NCBI GenBank assembly: GCA_050015515.1
Contig: JBEKBG010000003.1
Location: 6,871 to 70,870, forward strand
Length of the DNA: 64,000 nucleotides
Reading direction: 5' to 3'
Source: Minisyncoccia bacterium
GTDB lineage: Bacteria > Patescibacteriota > Minisyncoccia > UBA6257 > 2-01-FULL-56-20
Shown here piece by piece: positions 42,246 to 52,478 of the stretch. Position 1 is the first letter of the stretch; each line of letters opens with the position of its first letter. Position numbers and translations under genes: made by a program. The notes under the pieces were generated by a model. That model saw only the letters and a program-made list of their open reading frames with translations, did no database searches and was not told the origin of the DNA.

Positions 42246-43775
42246 ATGGTTATAATTCTTAATTTCGGAAGTCAGTTTGCGCATCTCATAGCTAGGAGAG
42301 TTCGAGAACTCGGCGTCAAAGCTGAGATTTTACCCTTTGACGCATCGCTTAAACAAATAGCATCGCTTAGTCCCGTAGGTATTATTCTTTCTGGTAGCCC
42401 TGCTTCAGTTTTAGAGAAAGGAAGTCCGCGCCCCAGCAAGGGCATTTTTAATTTAGGAATTCCGGTGTTGGGGATCTGTTACGGAGAACAAGTGATGGCG
42501 TATATGTTCAATGGCAAAGTTCAAAAAGGCGATCACAGAGAGTTTGGTAAGGAAACGCTAAGGATTTCATCAAATCCGTTGTTTAAAGGATTAAATCACA
42601 ATGAAGTAGTATGGTTCTCGCACGGCGATCAAGTAACGAAGTTGCCGAATGGGTTTATCGCTATCGCTTCAACTAACGGATGTCGTTATGCAGGAATGAC
42701 GAATATAAAACAGAATCTATTTGCGATTCAATTCCATCCCGAAGTGACTCATACACAACACGGGAAAACGGTTCTTTCGAATTTCCTTTTTCAAATATGT
42801 AACGCGCCAAAAGATTGGAAGCTCGGTAAGGTTTTACCGGAACTTGAAGCGTCTCTTAGCAAGACGGTCGGAAAGGAACATGTGGTAGTTGGCATTTCTG
42901 GGGGTGTCGACTCTCTTGTCGCCGCGACTCTTTTATATAAAGCTATCGGAAAACAATTACACGCAGTGTTTGTTGATACGGGATTGCTTCGTAAAAACGA
43001 AGTTGAAGCAGTCTCCCGCTCTTTGCGTAAACAAGGATTTAAAAACCTTCATGTGATTGATGCGCGAACCATCTTTTTAAAAAGATTGAAAGGCAAGATC
43101 GACCCGGAAGAGAAACGGAAAATCATTGGTCATACGTTTATCGAAGTATTTCAAACAACGATTAAAAAGGAACTTAAAAGATATCCAATAAAATTCTTAG
43201 CGCAAGGAACTATTTATCCCGACCGCATTGAGTCGGCTGAAGCGTCGAAAAACGCCTCCAAGATAAAGAGTCATCATAATCTAACTCTTCCAGAAACATT
43301 GAGCCTAAAAATTCTTGAACCATTAAAGGATTTTTATAAGGACGAAGTAAGGGAGTTGGGCGCATTGCTTGGATTACCAAAAGAACTTCTCTGGAGGCAT
43401 CCCTTTCCTGGACCTGGGCTTGCCGTGAGGATTGTGGGAGAGATAACGCCTGAACGTTTGAATATTTTACGAGAGGCGGATGCCGTTTTTCTTGATGAAT
43501 TGAAAAAAGGAGGAGAATACGAAAAGATTTGGCAGGCATTTGCCGTTCTTCTTCCTCTGCGAAGCGTTGGTGTAATGGGGGATTCAAGGACATATGAATA
43601 TATGATCGCTTTGCGGGCGGTAGATTCCGTGGATGGTATGACTGCGGATTGGCATAAAATCCCTCCCCAATTATTGGAACGCATTTCCAGTCGCATAGTT
43701 GGAGAGGTAGGGGGCGTCAATAGAGTGCTCTACGATATTACCCAAAAACCTCCCGCGACGATTGAATACGAGTAA
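42246..43775 (+). CDS. guaA: GMP synthase (glutamine-hydrolyzing)
   Basis: LGICYG, QFHPEV, SGGVDS, KSHHN, RHPFPGPGL and KPPATIE motifs. Confidence 0.97.
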   Translation: MVIILNFGSQFAHLIARRVRELGVKAEILPFDASLKQIASLSPVGIILSGSPASVLEKGSPRPSKGIFNLGIPVLGICYGEQVMAYMFNGKVQKGDHREFGKETLRISSNPLFKGLNHNEVVWFSHGDQVTKLPNGFIAIASTNGCRYAGMTNIKQNLFAIQFHPEVTHTQHGKTVLSNFLFQICNAPKDWKLGKVLPELEASLSKTVGKEHVVVGISGGVDSLVAATLLYKAIGKQLHAVFVDTGLLRKNEVEAVSRSLRKQGFKNLHVIDARTIFLKRLKGKIDPEEKRKIIGHTFIEVFQTTIKKELKRYPIKFLAQGTIYPDRIESAEASKNASKIKSHHNLTLPETLSLKILEPLKDFYKDEVRELGALLGLPKELLWRHPFPGPGLAVRIVGEITPERLNILREADAVFLDELKKGGEYEKIWQAFAVLLPLRSVGVMGDSRTYEYMIALRAVDSVDGMTADWHKIPPQLLERISSRIVGEVGGVNRVLYDITQKPPATIEYE

Positions 43776-43808
43776 TCTTCCCCTCCTCTTTTTTGCTATA
43801 ATTCCCTC

Positions 43809-45461
43809 ATGGTGGGTTTCTCACGTCTCACAAAGATACAGAGAGTGATTCTCGTGCTCTTCATCTTCGTCGTCTTTCTTTATTGCTTCAATCAGTTTGC
43901 GAGTGCTGACACTTTTTACGATTTGCGGGCAGGGCAGCTGATCTGGCAGACGGGACAGATTCCTCACGCCGACGTTTTCTCTTTCACCGCTACAGGCGCG
44001 GAGTGGATTCCCCACGAGTGGCTTGCCCAGCTTATTTTTTATGGTGTTCAGTCGGCAATAGGGTTTTGGGGGCTTATGGCATTTGTGGCGGCACTTGCGG
44101 CTGGCGCATATTATCTTTTGTTCTCTCTTGCGATGCGGAAAGGAGCCAATTTTTATATTACTTTGCTGGTGCTTTTTGCAAGCGGAGCCGCCGGATTTAC
44201 GTTTTGGATCCCGCGTCCGCAGTCGATCGTCTTCCTATTGTGCGTTGCGCTCGTTTATCTGCTTGAGCGCTACCGAATCCGTCCGCGTGTAAGATATCTC
44301 TATGGAGCGGTGCTTCTCGTTCTCTTATGGGCCAACATCAATGCGAGCGTTATGCTCGCGATCGGCATCATCGCACTTTTTCTCGTCGCGGGCATTGCCA
44401 ACGAACGGCGATGGTCACCGCCGCTAAAATATCTTTTATGTACGTTGCTTGCGTCGGTGGGCATGGCGTTCGTGAATCCAAGCGGCTATAAGATATTTAC
44501 GTATGGGCTTATTATCTTGCCTTCTATCAAAGCGTTCGGTGTCTCCGAGTGGCAACCACTCACCGCGTATTGGGCTGGATGGGATACGAAAGTATTCGTT
44601 GTAGCGATCATCGCGGCGGCGCTTTTTCTTGTTTGGCGGCTTGGCAGGAAGGCGCCACGCGACTGGGTTTGGATCGCGCTTGTCGTCGCCACGGCCATCG
44701 CTCCGTTCATCGCCGCACGTTATCTTATCTTCTGGTCGCTCTTTGTGGTTCCGCCACTTGCATGGGTCGTTTCCGATGCGGCAAGAGATTTTCTTAATAA
44801 GATATCCCCGAAGCTATTTGTTGTTGCGGCGTTCATGATACTTGCCGTTTTGCTTATCGTTCGCTATGTCACATTCCCCGGCAATTATGTCGATGACGTT
44901 GCTTTGCCGGTACACGCTGCGAATTTTTTGGCAGAGAACGGCGCGCAGGGGAACGCGTTCAATGTGTATGCCCAAGGTGGTTATCTTTTATGGCGACTAT
45001 GGCCGCAGGTAAAGATCGCAATGGATGGGCGGTCGGAAGTATATCTTGGCGCGCCCACCGAGGAATATTATGCGATCCTCCATGATGCGCCGTCCGCGGC
45101 CGGACTCATCTCTCAAAAGTACAACATCCAATATTTTATTTTTCCCTATGATCCTGCGTTTCTCGCCGGCATTCATCCGCTCATTTCCTATCTGGAAAAA
45201 AATAACTGGCGACTGGTATGGTGGGACGACGGTGCGGTCGTTTTTGCAAAGGACGATCAACAGAACCAGACGTTTATAGCGAACTATGCCCTGCGGTACG
45301 TCGGTCCGTTCACGGATCCCTCGACGATCAACGCGACGGACACGCCGCTCGCGGTAACGGAACTACGCTCACTCATTGACCGCGCGCCGGATTCCGTAGT
45401 GGTAGCAGATTATATCAGCAGTTTTTTGGCAAGCCATCCGACGGCAGGGCTTTCACGATAA
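43809..45461 (+). CDS. Polytopic membrane protein, GT-C glycosyltransferase-like
   Basis: N-terminal loop D..YDL..G.LI...IP..D.FS...W.PHEWL, many TMs, C-terminal DGRSEVY domain; function inferred. Confidence 0.55.
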   Translation: MVGFSRLTKIQRVILVLFIFVVFLYCFNQFASADTFYDLRAGQLIWQTGQIPHADVFSFTATGAEWIPHEWLAQLIFYGVQSAIGFWGLMAFVAALAAGAYYLLFSLAMRKGANFYITLLVLFASGAAGFTFWIPRPQSIVFLLCVALVYLLERYRIRPRVRYLYGAVLLVLLWANINASVMLAIGIIALFLVAGIANERRWSPPLKYLLCTLLASVGMAFVNPSGYKIFTYGLIILPSIKAFGVSEWQPLTAYWAGWDTKVFVVAIIAAALFLVWRLGRKAPRDWVWIALVVATAIAPFIAARYLIFWSLFVVPPLAWVVSDAARDFLNKISPKLFVVAAFMILAVLLIVRYVTFPGNYVDDVALPVHAANFLAENGAQGNAFNVYAQGGYLLWRLWPQVKIAMDGRSEVYLGAPTEEYYAILHDAPSAAGLISQKYNIQYFIFPYDPAFLAGIHPLISYLEKNNWRLVWWDDGAVVFAKDDQQNQTFIANYALRYVGPFTDPSTINATDTPLAVTELRSLIDRAPDSVVVADYISSFLASHPTAGLSR

Positions 45462-45485
45462 TTTAATTTTTGTTACCATAGAGCC

Positions 45486-46235
45486 ATGGTTGAGTTCTCG
45501 CATCTGACGAAAGCCTATAAAAAACGGGTGGTCGTAGACGACTTCACGCTCTCCGTGGATGTACCGATATTCGGGTTTTTGGGGCAGAACGGGGCAGGGA
45601 AGACGACGATCATGAAGATGATCGTGGGACTGCTCGAGCCCACAAGCGGCACAATCACGATTGACGGGGCACTCTCGTCGCATCCTATTTTCAAGAAGAA
45701 ACTTGGCTACATGCCGGAGACGCCGTACTTTTATGAGCGCATGACGGGCATAGAGTTTTTACGTTTCTGCGACGAGCTTTTTGATAACAATAATAGCGGT
45801 ACGAGCCCGGCGGCGCGAACTTCTCACTATGAGGAACTTTTAAAGAAGGTTGGCATCTTTGCCGCACGCGATGCGGAGATTCGCACGTATTCCAAGGGCA
45901 TGCGCCAGCGCCTCGGCTTCGCGCAATCGCTCGTGAACGATCCGGAATATCTTTTCCTCGACGAGCCGCTTGACGGGCTTGATCCGATCGGCCGCCGCGA
46001 GATGAAAGAGGTGATGCTCGGTCTCAAGCAGGAGGGACGCAGGATATTTTTAAACACGCACATCCTCGCTGACGTGGAAGAGATCTGCGACGAGGTGGGG
46101 ATCGTGCATAAGGGAAAATTATTATACGCCGGTTCGGTAAAGGCGTTCTGTGCGGGCAAGCCGCTCGAGGAGCGATTTATGGAAGTCGTGCAGGCACACG
46201 AAACAGAGGCGCGTCTTGGACCATCCAAAAAATAA
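45486..46235 (+). CDS. ABC transporter ATP-binding protein (PilH-like)
   Basis: GQNGAGKTT, YSKGMRQR and LDEPLDGLDPIGR motifs. Confidence 0.9.
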   Translation: MVEFSHLTKAYKKRVVVDDFTLSVDVPIFGFLGQNGAGKTTIMKMIVGLLEPTSGTITIDGALSSHPIFKKKLGYMPETPYFYERMTGIEFLRFCDELFDNNNSGTSPAARTSHYEELLKKVGIFAARDAEIRTYSKGMRQRLGFAQSLVNDPEYLFLDEPLDGLDPIGRREMKEVMLGLKQEGRRIFLNTHILADVEEICDEVGIVHKGKLLYAGSVKAFCAGKPLEERFMEVVQAHETEARLGPSKK

Positions 46236-46243
46236 TCCGCACC

Positions 46244-47008
46244 ATGAGAAATATCTTCATCATCGCAAAAAATACGCTCAAGCTCGAGATCCGCGACAAG
46301 ATCCTGTACGGCATCATCGTGTTCGGCCTGCTCTACGTGTTCTTCACGCTTTTTCTTGCCGACCTTGTGTTGAAAGAGCCTGCGATGGTCAAAGCCTTTG
46401 GGCTGACCGGCATCTATTTCTTTAACGCGATCATCGCGCTCTTCCTCGGCACGACGTCGTTCTTTAAAGACGTGGATCGTAAGGTGGTCTACTTCATCCT
46501 TTCAAAGCCGGTGTCGCGTGCGAAGTTCGTGCTGGGAAAATTCTTTGGGCTGTGCATGGTACTGCTCCTCACGAGCGCGATACTCGGCGTGGCGTACGTG
46601 GGCGTGGTGATGTATGAACACGCGGGATTTGACTGGATCGGGCTCACCGCCATCGCGATGCAGTTCCTCGAGATGGCGCTCTTCCTCGCGTTCGCAATAT
46701 TCGTCTCCACGTTTGCGAGCTCTTTGCTTTCCATCGTGTACACGTCCGGCGTATTCTTCCTTGGCCACATCGTAAGCCAGCTCGTAACCGACGCAAAGGC
46801 CATCGGCCTCGGCGGCATCAAGTTGTGGCTTGTGGAGATCCTCTATTATATTTTCCCGAACTTGGAGAAATTCGACGCCCGCGATTTTGCGATCCATGCG
46901 GTGCCTACGCCGTTCACCTCGTTTGCTTTCGCCGTCGCGTATGCGGCGGTGTACATCATTCTTTTGCTTTCCGCCGCCGTGTGGATATTCGATAAGAAAG
47001 AAATTTAA
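46244..47008 (+). CDS. ABC-2 type permease (PilI-like)
   Basis: IAKNT...IRDKILY, ILSKPVSR..F.LGKF.G and YYIFPNL..FD motifs. Confidence 0.85.
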   Translation: MRNIFIIAKNTLKLEIRDKILYGIIVFGLLYVFFTLFLADLVLKEPAMVKAFGLTGIYFFNAIIALFLGTTSFFKDVDRKVVYFILSKPVSRAKFVLGKFFGLCMVLLLTSAILGVAYVGVVMYEHAGFDWIGLTAIAMQFLEMALFLAFAIFVSTFASSLLSIVYTSGVFFLGHIVSQLVTDAKAIGLGGIKLWLVEILYYIFPNLEKFDARDFAIHAVPTPFTSFAFAVAYAAVYIILLLSAAVWIFDKKEI

Positions 47009-47872
47009 ATGGCGCGGCTCAATAATCCGTTCGCGAAAATAATAACAGTGGGGTTGCTGCTCGCGCTCATCACGCTTTTGCAGCTTGAGTACGATGCGAC
47101 GAAGATCACGCTGCCCGCGTCGACTGTGCAGGAAGTGTCGCCGTTCATGGTGCGTTTGCTCGACATGGGATTCCATCCCGCCGTCGCGTCGTTCCTGTGG
47201 GCGACGACGATGCCGGAAATTTTGGACCTATGGAATAAAAAGACGGAATATTTTTCCGACCTCGCGTTCGTGAACGCAGTGGACCCGAAATTGAGCTACC
47301 CGTACGCGTTTTCGGTGCTGACGCTACCGGCGGTGCCGCCGGCCGATGATCCGCAGGCGGTGGCGCAGGCGGATGCGATCGGCGCGCAGGGGATCGCGCA
47401 CGGCGACGCCGATTGGCGCATTCCGTATTACATGGCAACGAACGAATTTTTATATGCCAAGGATGATATCGCTGCAGCGAAGTATTATAATCTTGCTGCC
47501 GAGACGCCGGGCATCCCGGCGTATGCGGAGCGGTTCTCCCTGAACTTTGGCATCGAGACGAACCAGCGGCAGAAGACGGAGCAGCTCTGGGAAACGATAA
47601 AGGATTCCACGAATGACCCGGACACGCAGGCGCGCGCGCAGGCGTACATCGACCACCTGCAGGATTTTGATTATCTGGACGCCGCGTCGGCGCAGTATAA
47701 AAAAGAGTTCGGCGCATATCCCACATCCACGGCGGAGCTCGTGGCGAAGGGGATCATTCCGTCCGTGCCCGTGGATCCGTTCGGGTTTACGTTCATAATT
47801 CAGAAGGACGGCACGTCGGCGATCGATCTGAACACGTTGCCGGCGTATATGTCTACGAGTACACTACAATAA
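47009..47872 (+). CDS. TPR-like ABC accessory protein (PilG/XapA-like)
   Basis: DP...YPY.F, WRIPYY, AA.YY..AA..PG.P.Y and C-terminal YP...ELV..G.I...P.DPFG. Confidence 0.6.
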   Translation: MARLNNPFAKIITVGLLLALITLLQLEYDATKITLPASTVQEVSPFMVRLLDMGFHPAVASFLWATTMPEILDLWNKKTEYFSDLAFVNAVDPKLSYPYAFSVLTLPAVPPADDPQAVAQADAIGAQGIAHGDADWRIPYYMATNEFLYAKDDIAAAKYYNLAAETPGIPAYAERFSLNFGIETNQRQKTEQLWETIKDSTNDPDTQARAQAYIDHLQDFDYLDAASAQYKKEFGAYPTSTAELVAKGIIPSVPVDPFGFTFIIQKDGTSAIDLNTLPAYMSTSTLQ

Positions 47873-48900
47873 TGAAACTCTCTCTTGGCATCGTCGGCCT
47901 TCCGAACGTGGGCAAATCCACGTTGTTCAAGATTTTAACGAAGCAGAATATCACGATCGCCAACTATCCATTTGCGACGATCGATCCGAACGTCGGCGTC
48001 GTTGCGGTTCCGGACGAGCGCTTGGAAAAACTGAACACACTCTCCGCGTCAAAAAAGAAGATTCCCGCCGTCGTGGAATTCTTCGACATCGCGGGCCTCG
48101 TGAAAGGCGCGAACAAAGGCGAGGGCTTGGGCAACGCGTTCTTGGATGATATCCAACTGACACAGGCCATCGTGATGGTGGTGCGCGCGTTTGAGAACCC
48201 GGACATCATCCATGTGGACAATTCCGTGGACCCGGTGCGCGACATCGATGTGATCAATCTGGAGCTGATGCTGAAGGACCTCGCCGCAGTGGATAAGCGC
48301 CTCGTGCGCACGGAGGCGGAGGCGCGCGCGGGCAAGAAGGAGGCCCTGCACGACAAGGATCTTTTGGAGCGATTGAAGAAGTCGCTCGAGGGCGGCGTCC
48401 TGCCCGTGACCGACGTGGACCTCGTGCACGACGTCAAGCACGAGCCGCGGCTGAACGACCTGCGCCTGCTCACGATCAAGCGGCAGCTTTATCTTATCAA
48501 CGGGAAAGAATCAGATGTGTCGCCGGAGCTGCTCGTGAAGATCGCCGCGCTCGGTGCGGATTACCTCGTGAGCGACCTTTCGTCGCCGGAGGTGGAGTCG
48601 GTGGAGATCCCGTTGCTCGTCAAGAAGGCGTATCACGTGCTGGACCTCATCAGTTTTTTTACGACCGGCGAGGACGAGACGCGCGCGTGGACGATAGAGC
48701 GGGGGACGAAGGCGCCGCAGGCGGCCGGCGTCATTCACACCGACTTTGAGGAGAAATTCATCCGCATGGAGGTCGTCCCGACGGACAAGCTGCTCGAAGC
48801 CGGTGGTTGGAGCAAGGCAAAGCAAAAAGGATGGTTGCGCGTGGAGGGAAAGGAATATGTGGTGGCGGATGGGGATGTGGTGGAAGTGCGGCACGGGTAG
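47872..48900 (+). CDS. ychF: Redox-regulated ATPase YchF
   Basis: GIVGLPNVGKST, ANYPFATIDPN, DIAGLV and APQAAGVIHTDF motifs. Confidence 0.97.
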   Translation: MKLSLGIVGLPNVGKSTLFKILTKQNITIANYPFATIDPNVGVVAVPDERLEKLNTLSASKKKIPAVVEFFDIAGLVKGANKGEGLGNAFLDDIQLTQAIVMVVRAFENPDIIHVDNSVDPVRDIDVINLELMLKDLAAVDKRLVRTEAEARAGKKEALHDKDLLERLKKSLEGGVLPVTDVDLVHDVKHEPRLNDLRLLTIKRQLYLINGKESDVSPELLVKIAALGADYLVSDLSSPEVESVEIPLLVKKAYHVLDLISFFTTGEDETRAWTIERGTKAPQAAGVIHTDFEEKFIRMEVVPTDKLLEAGGWSKAKQKGWLRVEGKEYVVADGDVVEVRHG

Positions 48901-49222
48901 AATAAAAAAAGAGCCCACAACCATTATCTGGTTGCAGGCTCGGGAGCGGATAAGCATGAATAGCGTTGATAGTCTCCGTCTTGATCTGCGTATCAATAGA
49001 GACGTCGCACTCTTCTTCCGCCAATGACGATGCATCGATTTGGGACGATACGATGAGTCGCTCGTCGGCGGCGACCGTGTTCTCTTTTACTGCCACACTG
49101 AGCGCCTCGTGCGCAGCTTTCTTCGAGCAGAACACGATGCTGTGCTCGCCGGTCGCGGTAACAATTCTGCCGTGATGCTCGCATCCGCAAACCTCAAAAT
49201 AGGCTGCCGAACGAATGAGCAT
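48758..49222 (-). CDS. Hypothetical protein (3' end overlaps ychF; boundary doubtful)
   Basis: SD-like GAGGTGGAGG before ATG 49222; fills the intergenic gap. Confidence 0.4.
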   Translation of the reverse strand: MLIRSAAYFEVCGCEHHGRIVTATGEHSIVFCSKKAAHEALSVAVKENTVAADERLIVSSQIDASSLAEEECDVSIDTQIKTETINAIHAYPLPSLQPDNGCGLFFYSTRAALPPHPHPPPHIPFPPRATILFALPCSNHRLRAACPSGRPPCG

Positions 49223-49319
49223 TCCTCCACCTCGCTTGATGCAATATAATATATTAGAAGTGGTATGTCAAATTACGATTACGCGATGGAACTCGTTAAG
49301 CGTCTGCTATAATTCTTCT

Positions 49320-49967
49320 ATGCGCGCCTTTCCAAAGTCGGTCATCAAGGAATTTCCCGATGAGTTTTCAATATTCAAAAAGCTGCAGAGCACTGCTGCC
49401 ATCCAAGATTTTGTGAATGGGCTAGAGATGAACTTCACCGGGCGGCGGCACACGTACGCGTCGCCACTCGTGGTGTTAGAAACCGGAAAGGCGCATTGCA
49501 TGGAAGGTGCGATGCTCGCCGCTGCCGCGTTGTGGCATCTCGGCTATCCGCCGCTACTCCTCGATCTCAAGACCACCGCGCATGACGACGATCACGTGGT
49601 CGCGCTCTTCAAAGAGAGTGGGCGATGGGGCGCGATCAGCAAGACAAATCATGCCGTCTTGCGGTACCGCGACCCGGTCTACCGCGACCCGCGCGAGCTC
49701 GCAATGTCGTACTTCAACGAATATTTTTTGGACTCGGGCGTAAAAACGATGCGCGGCTACTCCGCGCCGTTCGATCTTTTGCAGTGCCGCGCGGCGCACG
49801 GCGACGAATGGCTCACCTCGCGCGGGGATCTTTCTGCGATTGCGGAAGCGCTTGATTTTTCTCGCCATTTTGAGATTTTTAAAAAAGGCGCCGCGCCCCG
49901 TTTGCGCCGCGCCGATCGGATTGAGATTGAGGCGGGTAAGATCGTAGAGTGGAAGAATAAGGGTTAA
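49320..49967 (+). CDS. Transglutaminase/papain-like hypothetical protein
   Basis: AHCMEGA, DDDHVVALF and WGAISKTNH motifs; start 6 nt after TGCTATAAT. Confidence 0.65.
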   Translation: MRAFPKSVIKEFPDEFSIFKKLQSTAAIQDFVNGLEMNFTGRRHTYASPLVVLETGKAHCMEGAMLAAAALWHLGYPPLLLDLKTTAHDDDHVVALFKESGRWGAISKTNHAVLRYRDPVYRDPRELAMSYFNEYFLDSGVKTMRGYSAPFDLLQCRAAHGDEWLTSRGDLSAIAEALDFSRHFEIFKKGAAPRLRRADRIEIEAGKIVEWKNKG

Positions 49968-50028
49968 CTATGCTCGAATCCCGGAAAGCGTTTCCAACGG
50001 ATTCAGCACCGCGTCGGCGGATTACAAT

Positions 50029-51234
50029 GTGACGATTAATATCGCGCCAATTTCGATCACTGCGGTGGCGGACAATAAGGTGTATGACGGGACGACTAAC
50101 GCCTCGGTGACGCTTACCGTGAACGGCGCGGTGCTTGGCGATGAGCTGACCGCGACCGGCACCGCTTCGTTCGATACCGCCGATGTCGGCGTGGGCAAGA
50201 CGGTGACGGTGAGTGGCATCGTGCTCGAGGGCGCGAATGCATCAAATTACGCCTATAGCGATACGGCGACCACGACTGCAGATATCACGAAGGCAGATCC
50301 GGTGGTCACGGTTATCCCGTATTCGGTGGATTACGATGGCGTCCCGCATTCTGCTTCCGGCACCGCGACCGGCGTGCTAGGAGAATCCCTGGACGGACTC
50401 AATCTCTCGAGCACTACGCACACCGCGGCAGGGACGTATAATACGGACCCGTGGACCTTTACCGACGCGGCTGGCAACTACAATGACGCATCGGGAACGG
50501 TCTCCGATGTGATTGGCCAAGTGACCGAACCGGTCACCCTAAATGGGCTCAGCCAAACGTTCAATGGCGCACCGGAATCGGTAAGCGCATCGACCACATT
50601 AAACGGCCTTCAGATCGATGTGACCTACAACGGCTCGACAACGGCGCCGACAAACGCGGGCAGCTACGCCATCGTCGCGTCCATCAATGATCCGAATTAC
50701 ACGGGTACCGCGACGGGAACGCTCGTTATCGCGCCCGCGATTCCGCAAGTTGTCAATATCGGCGGCAGCAGTGGCGGCGGCGGAGGAGGTGGTGGGGGTG
50801 GGGGTTTCTTTAACCCCACAATTTCCACCAGCACCAACAACGGAGGCGGATTGGTTCTCGGCGCTTCATCCACGAACACCGCCGGACTTCTGCAAACCCT
50901 TTTGAATCTTGAGCAACAGCTCGTTGTCCTTGAGTTCAAAGCAAACAGCTGCTCCGTCAGCTTCAATAAGAACCTCTCAAAGGGGATGACCGATCCTGAC
51001 GTGAAACATCTTCAGATGGTGCTTAATTTCACCTCGCTTACACAGGTGGCGGCAACCGGCCCCGGTTCTCCGGGCAATGAGAGCACATATTTCGGTAGCG
51101 CGACAAAGAACGCGGTGATCGCCTTCCAGAATATCTTTGCCGATCAGATATTGACGCCGAACGGGCTCACGTCCGGCACCGGATATGTCGGTTCCGCCAC
51201 GCGCGCGGTACTGAACAATCTTTGCGGAGAGTAA
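50029..51234 (+). CDS. Surface protein with YDG and MBG repeats and a C-terminal peptidoglycan-binding domain; probably 5'-truncated
   Basis: KVYDGTT, PTNAGSY, poly-Gly linker, DVKHLQ..LN, YFGSATKNAVIAFQ and GYVGSATRAVLN; no signal peptide. Confidence 0.75.
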   Translation: MTINIAPISITAVADNKVYDGTTNASVTLTVNGAVLGDELTATGTASFDTADVGVGKTVTVSGIVLEGANASNYAYSDTATTTADITKADPVVTVIPYSVDYDGVPHSASGTATGVLGESLDGLNLSSTTHTAAGTYNTDPWTFTDAAGNYNDASGTVSDVIGQVTEPVTLNGLSQTFNGAPESVSASTTLNGLQIDVTYNGSTTAPTNAGSYAIVASINDPNYTGTATGTLVIAPAIPQVVNIGGSSGGGGGGGGGGGFFNPTISTSTNNGGGLVLGASSTNTAGLLQTLLNLEQQLVVLEFKANSCSVSFNKNLSKGMTDPDVKHLQMVLNFTSLTQVAATGPGSPGNESTYFGSATKNAVIAFQNIFADQILTPNGLTSGTGYVGSATRAVLNNLCGE

Positions 51235-51255
51235 AATACCGAGAAGTATAGAAAT

Positions 51256-51291
51256 AAAAACAGGCAGCTCGTTTTCGAGCTGCCTGTTTTT
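51256..51291. terminator. Bidirectional Rho-independent terminator
   Basis: AAAAACAGGCAGCTCG-TTTT-CGAGCTGCCTGTTTTT between convergent genes. Confidence 0.9.
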
Positions 51292-51340
51292 GAGCGGGGG
51301 ATCCCGATCAGAGATCAGCGATCTCCTTGTGCGCAAAATC

Positions 51341-51946
51341 TCAATTCCTTCTGTCCATCGCCGCACCCAGCGTCTCGTCGTCCGCGAATTCGATCTCGCC
51401 ACCGGTGGGAAGGCCGCGCCCGAGCCGGCTCACCCGCTTGGCGAGCGGTGCGAGTTCTTTCAATAAGAGCGATGCTTGGAAGTCGCCGAGCGTGGTGGGA
51501 CTGAAGCCGAGGATGATCTCGTCTGCCGCGCCGCCGAGGGCATCTGCGATATATTTTTTCAAACTGAGCAGGCGCGTCTTTTGCCACGCCTCCAAAAACC
51601 CCGTCTTCGGCACCGGGCCAACGATAAAATAGCGCCCGGTAAACTTCTTTGTGTTCTCAAGCGAAAGATAATCCGTCTCTTTTTCCACCACCATGATGAT
51701 GCGCTGGTTCCGCGCCGGGTTCGCGCAGACGTCGCACAGCGTGCCCGCGTTCTGATGGATGAAAAAGCACCGCTCGCAGATCTTAATCAAGCGGAGCGCG
51801 TCAATGCTCTGCGCGAGCACGCGCAGATCCTCTTTCGGCCGCCCGATCAGATAGAACGCAAGCCGCACCGCCTGTCGCGGTCCGATGGAGGGGAGCTCCG
51901 CAAGTTCGTCCACCACCTTCTGCACCGGCTCCGGGAGTTTCATCAT
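51341..51946 (-). CDS. recR: Recombination protein RecR
   Basis: LPSIGPRQAVRLA, C4 Zn finger, VVE Toprim and GLPTGGEIEFAD motifs. Confidence 0.95.
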   Translation of the reverse strand: MMKLPEPVQKVVDELAELPSIGPRQAVRLAFYLIGRPKEDLRVLAQSIDALRLIKICERCFFIHQNAGTLCDVCANPARNQRIIMVVEKETDYLSLENTKKFTGRYFIVGPVPKTGFLEAWQKTRLLSLKKYIADALGGAADEIILGFSPTTLGDFQASLLLKELAPLAKRVSRLGRGLPTGGEIEFADDETLGAAMDRRN

Positions 51947-52026
51947 GAGATAATTATACAACTAAAACCCGCAGAGCGGGATAAAGTTTATTTCTTTATT
52001 TCGAACAAAATTTGTCTACCCCCCCC

Positions 52027-52416
52027 TTACGATCTTCCAAAAGAAAAACCATTATCTGCATAGAGATGTATGTATCCGAAAATTACCAAAATAAGATAAA
52101 TAAGGGAAAGCACGATATCAATGACGCCGATAGTTATAGTTATGTTGGCTACTCTGCGAGCTGTCGAAAAATTCTCCGCCGATTGCAAGGCTATCCTACC
52201 GCTAATAAATGCAAATACTCCCAAGAAAAAGGCGGGCAATGAAATGAGCCACACGGGGATAATACCTCTCCAGAGCCCATTACCTGCAGCCATAGCAGTT
52301 GAATATGCCTGCATCGCATACAGAACAGATGACGGAATGCCGCAGATGCCCAAAAAAAGACCTGCCCAAGAAAGCTCTGAGGGCATTTTTTCTTTTGGAA
52401 CAATATTCGAATCCAT
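52027..52416 (-). CDS. Small membrane protein (DUF4190-like)
   Basis: Three TM segments, AT-rich; start 6 nt after TGTTATAAT. Confidence 0.6.
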   Translation of the reverse strand: MDSNIVPKEKMPSELSWAGLFLGICGIPSSVLYAMQAYSTAMAAGNGLWRGIIPVWLISLPAFFLGVFAFISGRIALQSAENFSTARRVANITITIGVIDIVLSLIYLILVIFGYIHLYADNGFSFGRS

Positions 52417-52478
52417 ACTCAAATTATAACACAACAATAGCCGAGTCCACGGTTGAGGGAGGGATTCAAAAAACGCAT

